This document shows, one piece after another, positions 7,246 through 13,512 of a DNA stretch of 13,512 nucleotides. Under the pieces are notes generated by a model. It saw only the letters and a list, made by a program, of their open reading frames with translations, ran no database searches and had not been told where the DNA came from. How positions within the stretch are numbered: the stretch's first letter is position 1; every line of letters starts with the position of its first letter. The position numbers were made by a program, and so were the translations under genes. The DNA is from a virus (lineage: Duplodnaviria > Heunggongvirae > Uroviricota > Caudoviricetes), in the IMG/VR virus record IMGVR_UViG_2693429524_000013; one strand, given 5' to 3'.

Positions 7246-7316
7246 CTCACATGTGTGGTCCACTTCGTGGATTTGAGTTCACTCCGTAACTCAAACCCTC
7301 TACGAGGGCCTTGTGT
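7246..7316. repeat. tandem-hairpin element, copy B
   Basis: Hairpin 1: TTTGAGTT (7272-7279) / AACTCAAA (7288-7295). CC linker. Hairpin 2: CCCTC (7296-7300) / GAGGG (7304-7308) with loop TAC. Differs from copy A by a T-A to C-G double change that keeps the pair. Confidence 0.5.
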
Positions 7317-7410
7317 GGGGAGCGTAGTGCGATAGCACGTAGCTATATAATGTGGAGTCCGGATAAGAGACTTCTGTTTCCAATCCGGACCGTTTAAGCG
7401 AGTGGTTTCT

Positions 7411-7436
7411 CGCGCGCGTGCACGCACACATATATA
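7411..7436. other. 26-nt perfect alternating pyrimidine-purine tract (Z-DNA-prone)
   Basis: CGCGCGCGTGCACGCACACATATATA alternates pyrimidine/purine without a break for 26 nt. Read directly from the sequence. Confidence 0.5.
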
Positions 7437-7616
7437 AAGGATACACTCATAAATCGAAAATAAGGCCCCTAAATGGCCTTCTGGCTGCATTAACTAGTTT
7501 GAGTAGTGTAATTGCATTACCTGATGCTCAAATCGCGTTGTAGGGCCTCTTATGATGTTTGAGTTTAACACCCTCCAAAGTTTTAACAAAAAGTGCTCTC
7601 CCTCCATTGTGGGCCA

Positions 7617-7646
7617 TTGACAATCTTATTGCATAAATGCTATAAG
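7617..7646 (+). promoter_or_regulatory. possible second plus-strand promoter
   Basis: TTGACA (7617-7622), 18-bp spacer, TATAAG (7641-7646). Motif CCATTGACAAT recurs at 7745 within a perfect palindrome ATTGACAA-ttgg-TTGTCAAT (7746-7765). Confidence 0.3.
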
Positions 7647-7936
7647 TTATTCTGTTTTTGACACGGTAGGGGACATTAATAATGCTTACCCCTTTGCTGT
7701 GGACTTGTTTGTACCTATAGCTCGCCTAAATGATAATGATTCCCATTGACAATTGGTTGTCAATATGATAAGATTATAGATAGTGGGAGAAACAGATCCG
7801 GAGGTCAACGTGGAACTGAGCGACGCTATAGCGATCATCAACCTGGCTGTAATGTGGTGCGGTGTTGCCTACATAGCCGGAGTAACTGCAATCGACAACC
7901 TTGAAGAAAAAATGATAGATAAATACAAAAAGATTG

Positions 7937-7965
7937 TTGACAATCTCGCAAATAGCTGATAAAAT
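7937..7965 (+). promoter_or_regulatory. sigma70 promoter for the plus-strand operon
   Basis: TTGACA (7937-7942), 17-bp spacer, TAAAAT (7960-7965). The -35 sits in an imperfect palindrome GATTGTTGACAATC. About 120 nt upstream of the first gene (8088). Confidence 0.5.
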
Positions 7966-8016
7966 ATAAAGCATAGGGTAATTCTCATCATAGTGAATTT
8001 TCCTTTAATGAACTGG

Positions 8017-8044
8017 CGGGAGCTATTAGTTCCCGTTTCTTTTT
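8017..8044 (+). terminator. terminator-like hairpin in the leader of the plus-strand operon
   Basis: CGGGA (8017-8021), 9-nt loop, TCCCG (8031-8035), then TTTCTTTTT (8036-8044). Lies between the promoter at 7937-7965 and the first gene. Short stem, so modest confidence. Confidence 0.35.
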
Positions 8045-8087
8045 AACCCTATATCGCACAGGCGGTGAGCTAACAGGAGATTGAATC

Positions 8088-8297
8088 ATGGCTAAAACCG
8101 GACCGATAAGCCAGCTGGTAAACTGGACTACTGACGAAATCGTCGAGAACGTGCTTAAAGGTAACTTTCGCAAAACTTCCGTTTATGCATTTATTCGAAA
8201 ACATAAAGGAGAATATCCACACATTGAAGCGGCAATAGAAAGATTAAACTTTATTAAACTTGAGCGCCAGCTGGAAAGATATAAACATCTGATTTAA
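8088..8297 (+). CDS. small protein (69 aa), possible regulator
   Basis: ORF 8088..8297 with CAGGAGA SD 6 nt upstream. First gene after the promoter at 7937-7965. Basic and small; function not recognised. Confidence 0.55.
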   Translation: MAKTGPISQLVNWTTDEIVENVLKGNFRKTSVYAFIRKHKGEYPHIEAAIERLNFIKLERQLERYKHLI

Positions 8298-8317
8298 TAA
8301 ATAATTGTGAGGGAATT

Positions 8318-9202
8318 ATGGCAAACAATAAACTGGGGGCACATTTCACCCCCATTTTTAAACGTTTTATCAAGTATAATTTTGAAAATCCAATTGCAAA
8401 AACTACAACAGGCAAAGAGAGATTTAATTTAAATGCGACGGAATTGATAATTTACGGGGAAATGGTTGGCTTTCATTTAAACGGCAAAGAAATATTCATC
8501 TCGGAGCAGACCTTAGCAGATGATTGGGATTTTTCAAGACCAACGATTATTAAAGCTATTAAATCTCTAGTAAATGCTGGGATTATTTCTAAAGATAACC
8601 GGAAAGGCAAATCTAACATTTACAAACTGTTAATTACACCTGAGCAGTTTGATAAAATGTGCGATGAGCAGGGTATTAAAACCTTAGACAGTGTGGGAGA
8701 CAGCAAAGAGGCACCTGCTACACAGGCCCAAGATAATCAACAGGAAGCCCCAAAACAAGCCACACAGCAGCCTGAAAAGCCCGAGGCAATGCAATCCCCT
8801 TCCCAACCTAAAAAAGAACACAGAGAACGCCGTAGAGACGCTGGCAAACGTGAAATAGATGAGCACGGTTATCCGATTCTGACAAGCGATGAAATGAATG
8901 CCAGATATAAAGTAATTCAGGCCGCATTTAAAGATCAGAAGAGAATTAAATTATCTGAATTGCGTGATACATTTTACGGGCCGGAGGTGATGGATAAAAT
9001 TAAAGGCACTATTCCTGATAAAATCTGGAAAGAGGAAGATTACTGGCACCTGACAGAGCAGGCCCTTAAGGTAGCTCAACACGTGGTTAAAAGAGGCAAA
9101 TCAATTATTATTGATTCTATTAGTCATGGCTATGATGCACCGAAAGAAAGGTTGTGGAACAACTGCAAGCTTGTAAAAGGCGAATTGACAATTACAAAAT
9201 AA
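8318..9202 (+). CDS. winged-helix DNA-binding protein (294 aa), possibly replication-initiator/organiser-like
   Basis: ORF 8318..9202 with GAGGGA SD. N-terminal pattern (ELIIYGEMVGF...ISEQTLADDWDFSRPTIIKAIKSLVNAGIIS) resembles wHTH domains of phage O-type/DnaD-like replication proteins. Q/P/K-rich low-complexity linker, then a C-terminal domain. Family assignment is inference. Confidence 0.55.
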   Translation: MANNKLGAHFTPIFKRFIKYNFENPIAKTTTGKERFNLNATELIIYGEMVGFHLNGKEIFISEQTLADDWDFSRPTIIKAIKSLVNAGIISKDNRKGKSNIYKLLITPEQFDKMCDEQGIKTLDSVGDSKEAPATQAQDNQQEAPKQATQQPEKPEAMQSPSQPKKEHRERRRDAGKREIDEHGYPILTSDEMNARYKVIQAAFKDQKRIKLSELRDTFYGPEVMDKIKGTIPDKIWKEEDYWHLTEQALKVAQHVVKRGKSIIIDSISHGYDAPKERLWNNCKLVKGELTITK

Positions 9203-9240
9203 ACATTCTTATTTTTAAGTTCATCAAAGGAAAATTTAAA

Positions 9241-9387
9241 ATGTATGGCGATTTTGATTATTACCTGGAAAAGGAAAAATATTTTGAAGATGAACTATCA
9301 CAACATTTTTCATATTGGGAAGAATATTGTGGTTGGTTAGCTGAAGATCCAGCAGATGAAGAAAATGATTCTGACATCCCTTATTAA
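9241..9387 (+). CDS. small acidic protein (48 aa)
   Basis: Track ORF 9154..9387 overlaps the end of the 294-aa gene. Internal ATG at 9241 has AAGG about 10 nt upstream and lies after the upstream stop; shorter form preferred. Confidence 0.4.
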   Translation: MYGDFDYYLEKEKYFEDELSQHFSYWEEYCGWLAEDPADEENDSDIPY

Positions 9388-9478
9388 TACCCCCAAATAA
9401 ACCAACAAACTACTAAATAAACTAATTACTAGAACTAGATTGATTGCCCTGATCTTTTAAACGTTCGGAGAATTAATC

Positions 9479-9964
9479 ATGTTCAAATCTGATCTTTCTG
9501 ATTCCCAATTTGAAAAACTGGTAGCACTGCAGAAATACCTCCCCAGTGATGATCAACCAACACGACAGGCCAAACACTTATTAGTCGAGGGCTTTACCCC
9601 TGAATTCGTTGCGGAATATACAGGCGTTAAACTTGAGAAAGTCCAAAAACTATATAATGAGTCCTGGAATCCACGGTGTCGAGTTCCCCTCAGTGTCTAT
9701 AACGACATAGATAGAGATAAAAATGTCTTCGAAGATCGCCGCCGCAAATCTCTTTTAATGTGGAATTGTGGGATGAATATTGAAGAGATAGCAAAAGAAT
9801 TAAAAGTAACCTGCTTTCATATATGGGGCTTGTTGAGCGACCTCCTGCCACGTAAGGAGCTTAATCAACGTTTGCCTAAGCCCGGTAGTCGTGCTTATCG
9901 CGAATTTATATTCATCTACCGCCGCCATAGCAATAAAGTCCGGAAAGCAATGCAGCGCAAATAG
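9479..9964 (+). CDS. putative DNA-binding regulator (161 aa)
   Basis: ORF 9479..9964 with GGAG SD. Two HTH-like segments (PEFVAEYTGVKLEKVQKLYNE and MNIEEIAKELKVTCFHIWGLL). Basic C-terminus. Confidence 0.55.
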   Translation: MFKSDLSDSQFEKLVALQKYLPSDDQPTRQAKHLLVEGFTPEFVAEYTGVKLEKVQKLYNESWNPRCRVPLSVYNDIDRDKNVFEDRRRKSLLMWNCGMNIEEIAKELKVTCFHIWGLLSDLLPRKELNQRLPKPGSRAYREFIFIYRRHSNKVRKAMQRK

Positions 9965-10052
9965 CTTATAGCCTTCACATATACCGCAAGTTATTGATTC
10001 TGCCGTCCGGTAAATATGCCGGATGGCTCATATAAATTTTAAGGAATTCCAA

Positions 10053-10496
10053 ATGTCTCAAATCGCTAAATTATTATCCCAGGTTATCAAAGCTATCGAC
10101 GCTGAAGATTCAAAAGTTCGCCAGGATCTTTTAGATGGCAAGTTTACCAACACCCTGGCATTTACCCGTGACAAAGAGCACTTCTTAAAACACAGGCATC
10201 ACGCTTTTGCTGAATGCAAGTCCGCCAATGGTGATGTTTTTTATGTCGATTTGGTGGTTATGGCATGCAGATTGTGGATGATTCAAGACCTTATGCGCCA
10301 GCACGGAGATGATCCCCTCCTCAGCATGTGGGATAACGCCAAGGATGGATTCGTGATCGCGGCGCTATCCAAATCAATGATTGAGGCAGAAGGTGCCAGC
10401 CTTCAAAACATGGCAGACCTCTTCGAAATAAGCGTAGGAATGATGCAGGCCATGCTGCAGGCGGTGAAGCCTCTCAAACTGGTCAATCTTGAATGA
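10053..10496 (+). CDS. hypothetical protein (147 aa)
   Basis: Track ORF starts at 10023 without SD; second ATG at 10053 has AAGGAA 6 nt upstream. Followed by an intrinsic terminator-like hairpin. Confidence 0.5.
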   Translation: MSQIAKLLSQVIKAIDAEDSKVRQDLLDGKFTNTLAFTRDKEHFLKHRHHAFAECKSANGDVFYVDLVVMACRLWMIQDLMRQHGDDPLLSMWDNAKDGFVIAALSKSMIEAEGASLQNMADLFEISVGMMQAMLQAVKPLKLVNLE

Positions 10497-10503
10497 TTAA
10501 TAA

Positions 10504-10545
10504 GCACCCTCAAAAAATGGGGGTGCCTTTATTTATCTTACTTTT
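10504..10545 (+). terminator. terminator-like hairpin between regulatory genes and chaperone/tape-measure genes
   Basis: GCACCC (10504-10509) / GGGTGC (10521-10526) stem with 11-nt loop, followed by T-rich CTTTATTTATCTTACTTTT. Confidence 0.4.
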
Positions 10546-10570
10546 CACGTTTATCTAAAAGGATATGCCT

Positions 10571-10954
10571 ATGAATATTGAAGAAATGATAGTTGAATTC
10601 GATGAGGGTGATTTCCTGGAAGATGGGGAGTTTAAATACTCCCGTTTTAAACAGGCGTTATTTAGCAGTGAGGATAAACCACACGTTAGTGATCTTAACG
10701 ATGATGATTTATGTCGCTGGGTATGCACCCGCTTATATGAAGATGGAAAATATACAGGCCAAAACTTTCCAAATCTCTATTTCAAAGCACAAACATTTGA
10801 GGAAGGGCAAAGAGTGAAAAACCTGGTCGATAAAATGCTGTCAGCCGGATATTTGCATAAAGAATTATTAAATCCTAAAGCTGAAAGCAAGCGCCATTAT
10901 ATTTTTGTGTGGACTATTGGCGATAAGTGTCCACTAAGACGCAAAGGCAAATGA
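10571..10954 (+). CDS. acidic protein (127 aa), possible tail assembly chaperone
   Basis: Track start 10565 sits 1 nt after the SD; ATG at 10571 has better spacing. Acidic N-terminus and position two genes upstream of the tape measure gene suggest a gpG-like chaperone. Positional inference only. Confidence 0.45.
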   Translation: MNIEEMIVEFDEGDFLEDGEFKYSRFKQALFSSEDKPHVSDLNDDDLCRWVCTRLYEDGKYTGQNFPNLYFKAQTFEEGQRVKNLVDKMLSAGYLHKELLNPKAESKRHYIFVWTIGDKCPLRRKGK

Positions 10955-10955
10955 T

Positions 10956-11141
10956 ATGAATACCTACGAAAAGATTTATCAAAAATTAAAAAGTGATAAC
11001 AATGCTCCCGTCATCAAGGGCGGGGCTTCTTCCTCTGGTGACCTCTCAATCGAAGAGCTTGCGGAGAAATATAATATTGATAAAGAGGCCCTGAAAAGAG
11101 CTATTTCATTATCAAAATCTTTAAGACAGGGCGAGGTGTAA
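10956..11141 (+). CDS. small protein (61 aa) immediately upstream of tape measure gene
   Basis: ORF 10956..11141; ATG 1 nt after the upstream stop (coupled). Same reading frame as the tape measure ORF, separated by TAA plus one codon. Confidence 0.45.
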   Translation: MNTYEKIYQKLKSDNNAPVIKGGASSSGDLSIEELAEKYNIDKEALKRAISLSKSLRQGEV

Positions 11142-11144
11142 GAG

Positions 11145-13247
11145 ATGGCAATGAAGGAAGTCGCCAGACTAACAAACGTTATTTACTGGGATTCTGATAA
11201 ATCCTCCTGGCGAAAAGAAGTTAAACGGCTTGAGGATTATAAAAAATCCTGGAAGAAAGCCACCGACGATATAGCTAAAGCTGATTTTAAATCTAATCAG
11301 GCTGTGCTCAGAACACAAAGAACACGCGCTAAGGTGGAAGAGCAGATTGCCAGAGCACAGAAGAAACAACGTGCTCAGGCTGTCAGCCGTCTGACCGGGG
11401 GCAATAATCCGGAGCTCTCCTCTATGCGCAAGTTCTATCAGCAGCAAGCCAGAGAAGCCGCCAGACAACAAAAACTGTTAGATCGTAGTGTTGGAGATGT
11501 TCAGCACAGAAAAGCACGTGTAGGGGCCAACAGTGCACGAATCAGCAGCATGTTTGATGGATCCCTGGTTGCTCAGTTCCAATCCAGAATCCAGAGAGTT
11601 AATGCTGATTATGCTAAAGGGGCTATTAACCTGCAGACCTATAATCAGAAAATGGCTCGGCTCAGAGCTGAAATGAAGATGGCAACAGTAGAGGCCGGAA
11701 AATTTCAGAGCAGACTGGATAAACTGGCATCAGGTGCCAGCAAGGTGCATGACAACCTGGGCAAAATCAACTCCACACTAGGCAAGATAGCCATTGGCCT
11801 TACTGCCGCTGGCTGGGGTGTTCAGCGTGCTGTTAGTGGTGCTATGGGTAGCCTTGCAGATCGCAACAGTGCCTACTTCGGTTTGATGGCACAGAACAAG
11901 GATGATAAAGCCAAGACTGACCAGCAGATGGCCTACGTCAAAAGAATCTCTTATGACTATGGGATGGATCAGCGTGAGACCGAAGGCGGCTTTATGCGCT
12001 TTGCTGCAGCCACACCAAGCATAAAAGAGAAAGATAAGCAGGATCTCTTTGAGGCTATGGCGATTAAAGGCCGATCAGTGGGTGCTACTGCGGACCAACA
12101 GAACAGGGCTATCGTTGCACTAGGACAGATATATAGCAAGGGCGGTCGAGTGTATGCGGAAGAGCTTAAGGGCCAGCTGTCAGAAGCCCTGGCAGGTTCT
12201 CAGGTAGATTTCACTAAGGCCGCTATCGATGCCGGAATCATCAAGAAAGAGGAAGAATTTAATAAAGCCCTTGAAGATGGCAAGATCACCATGGACAAGC
12301 TTCTTCCTTCCCTAGTGAAAATCTGGGGTGCTGCAAAAGAAACTAAAGCTTTTGCTGAATCCATGAAACAGCCAGAAGTAGCAATGCAGCGCATGAAAAA
12401 CAGCTTTAACGAGCTGGCGATTCAGTTTATGGGTGTTGTGGATCCTGCCGATGGCGTTGTTAGCTTATCTGAATCTCTGATCTCCATCTTCGAAGACCTC
12501 ACCACTGATATGGACGGCAGCGGGAGCGCGGCAAAACAGTTTGGTGAAGCAGTCGGTGCTGCCATGCGGGAGATCATGTATTGGGTAGGCTTCGCTAAGG
12601 GCTATATCGAGGTCAAGGCTAAAGAGTTCGGCATGACCGGATCAGAGGTTGGCGAGCTTATCGGGAAACTAGTAGTCGGCTTAGCAGGTCTGAAAGTTAT
12701 TACCACACTGCTTTCCCCTCTAACCGGATTTGTTTCACTTGTCACTCAGCTGATAGCCTTGTTAGGCAAAATCCCTGGTATGAGCAAGCTTATGGCATCT
12801 GCCTCAGGTGGAACGGCAACAGGAGCAGCGGTCATCAGTGCAGGATCTAACGCTGAAAGAAGTTTCATTGATGGCAAGACGCAGGAAATGAGTAAGGAGA
12901 ACTCAAAACAGGGCGCTTTGTTTGAGCTGGGGAGATTTGTCAGCAATGCTGGCGCACTGTTCACACCTGGCGGTGATACTGGTCCTTTGTTCGATCAGGT
13001 CAAAGGCTGGTTTAATAAAGGGCCAACATTGACAGTAGACACTGGCATCAGACCAACACCAACAGGCGGCATAGCTATCCAGAATGGTGGATATCAACCA
13101 GTCCAAGTAAATGTAGCCCCACAAGGTGAGATTTCCGGCAAATGGGAGATAACCATCGATGAGGGGGGAATTGCCAGGGTGATCCAGAAGGAAGTCAGCG
13201 ATCAGTTGGATTGGAAAGCCACACAGGAATCTAACCAGCTTTTCTAA
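11145..13247 (+). CDS. phage tail tape measure protein (700 aa)
   Basis: ORF 11145..13247 with GAGGTG SD 6 nt upstream. N-terminal ~200 aa charged and coiled-coil-like. Central segment (ATADQQNRAIVALGQIYSKGGRVYAEELKGQLSEALAG) matches the tape-measure domain signature as I recall it. C-terminal part has hydrophobic Gly/Ala-rich segments typical of these proteins. Confidence 0.75.
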   Translation: MAMKEVARLTNVIYWDSDKSSWRKEVKRLEDYKKSWKKATDDIAKADFKSNQAVLRTQRTRAKVEEQIARAQKKQRAQAVSRLTGGNNPELSSMRKFYQQQAREAARQQKLLDRSVGDVQHRKARVGANSARISSMFDGSLVAQFQSRIQRVNADYAKGAINLQTYNQKMARLRAEMKMATVEAGKFQSRLDKLASGASKVHDNLGKINSTLGKIAIGLTAAGWGVQRAVSGAMGSLADRNSAYFGLMAQNKDDKAKTDQQMAYVKRISYDYGMDQRETEGGFMRFAAATPSIKEKDKQDLFEAMAIKGRSVGATADQQNRAIVALGQIYSKGGRVYAEELKGQLSEALAGSQVDFTKAAIDAGIIKKEEEFNKALEDGKITMDKLLPSLVKIWGAAKETKAFAESMKQPEVAMQRMKNSFNELAIQFMGVVDPADGVVSLSESLISIFEDLTTDMDGSGSAAKQFGEAVGAAMREIMYWVGFAKGYIEVKAKEFGMTGSEVGELIGKLVVGLAGLKVITTLLSPLTGFVSLVTQLIALLGKIPGMSKLMASASGGTATGAAVISAGSNAERSFIDGKTQEMSKENSKQGALFELGRFVSNAGALFTPGGDTGPLFDQVKGWFNKGPTLTVDTGIRPTPTGGIAIQNGGYQPVQVNVAPQGEISGKWEITIDEGGIARVIQKEVSDQLDWKATQESNQLF

Positions 13248-13258
13248 TATTGTGATCT

Positions 13259-13274
13259 AAATCAATAAGTTAGC
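13259..13274 (+). repeat. 16-nt direct repeat AAATCAATAAGTTAGC, copy 2
   Basis: Identical to 5515-5530. Begins 12 nt after the tape-measure stop codon. Confidence 0.5.
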
Positions 13275-13296
13275 CTGACCGGATAAACTCCAGGCA

Positions 13297-13328
13297 AGAA
13301 AAAAGCCCCTAAGTGTTAACAAAGGGGC
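13297..13328 (-). terminator. terminator-like hairpin, minus-strand orientation
   Basis: GCCCCT (13305-13310) / AGGGGC (13323-13328) with 12-nt loop. Preceded on plus strand by a run of six A (13299-13304), so on the minus strand the hairpin is followed by six T. Would terminate a leftward transcript from beyond the window end; could also weakly terminate the tape-measure operon. Confidence 0.35.
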
Positions 13329-13361
13329 TCTTCTCCGGTATCCTTTTGATGCGGGGCAAAA

Positions 13362-13405
13362 CCTGCTAACAAAAATCAACCTCTCGCGAGACTAATGTTA
13401 GCAGG
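13362..13405. repeat. 10-bp inverted repeat enclosing a variant of the recurrent motif
   Basis: CCTGCTAACA (13362-13371) / TGTTAGCAGG (13396-13405) flank a 24-nt loop containing AAATCAACCTCTCGCGAG (13373-13390). The loop itself holds the perfect palindrome TCTCGCGAGA (13382-13391). Confidence 0.5.
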
Positions 13406-13512
13406 TTGCCGGAAGGTAAGTCAACTCCGGTCTATAAACCTTAAAGCGACTATAAAATTGCCCCGCCAATTGTGATGATCCGACCTTTGAGGCGGGTCCG
13501 GTGCCCAGGGGG

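Noticed and set aside
3588-7390. Individual 8-bp perfect inverted repeats with long loops (3588-3618, 4070-4102, 7355-7390, and similar)
   Set aside because: About six 8-bp inverted repeats with loops under 30 nt are expected by chance in 13.5 kb, so each alone is not significant. Only the 9-11-bp ones and those overlapping other signals were kept.
3566-8173. Track ORFs inside the noncoding region (3566..3754, 3787..4002, 5847..6035, 5914..6099, 7191..7490, 7774..7974, 7988..8173)
   Set aside because: No SD upstream, Cys/His/Trp/Arg-rich random-like composition, and they overlap repeats or promoters. More likely noncoding.
10940-10960. Programmed -1 frameshift of the tail-chaperone (G/GT) type between the 127-aa and 61-aa ORFs
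   Set aside because: The 61-aa ORF is in the +1 frame relative to the upstream gene and has its own ATG. No slippery heptamer of XXXYYYZ type is visible near the stop, so simple translational coupling is more likely.
11130-11150. Stop-codon readthrough fusing the 61-aa ORF to the tape measure protein (same frame, single TAA between them)
   Set aside because: Frame identity has a 1-in-3 chance, and the tape measure gene has its own well-spaced SD and ATG. There is no supporting context signal.
4408-13124. Antisense track ORFs within plus-strand genes (4408..4665, 4425..4628, 5007..5276, 8684..8866, 10593..10817, 11169..11471, 12200..12394, 12746..12964, 12903..13124)
   Set aside because: Shadow ORFs opposite to, or out of frame within, better-supported genes.
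1-13512. Integrase, transposase or att site marking the boundary of a mobile element
   Set aside because: No recombinase-like ORF is present in the window and no flanking tRNA was seen. The 16-nt direct repeat pair is noted as a finding, but an att assignment is not supportable without flanking sequence.

Overview
Phage-derived mosaic region, read by eye only (no searches or computations were run). Left side: a minus-strand head module with a ~111-aa capsid-accessory gene, a lambda gpE-like major capsid protein gene and three downstream genes, apparently driven by a consensus sigma70 promoter (3944-3972, minus) through a ~480-nt leader. Right side: a plus-strand operon from a near-consensus promoter (7937-7965) encoding small DNA-binding/winged-helix proteins and ending in a 700-aa tail tape measure protein. 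Between them lies an unusual ~4.6 kb ORF-poor stretch (3460-8087) holding only one small cassette (4225-5289: short peptides, HTH protein, membrane protein). The rest is dense with non-random sequence structure: a ~23-bp iteron array, AT-rich 11-mer tandem repeats, an 18-nt motif placed exactly 11 nt before two start codons, two copies of a tandem-hairpin element differing by a compensatory base-pair change, a 26-nt alternating purine-pyrimidine tract and a C6/G6 palindrome with a G-rich block. No tRNA, rRNA, CRISPR array, integrase or transposase was recognised. The most interesting candidates are the structured noncoding region and the small accessory cassette bounded by recurrent motifs.
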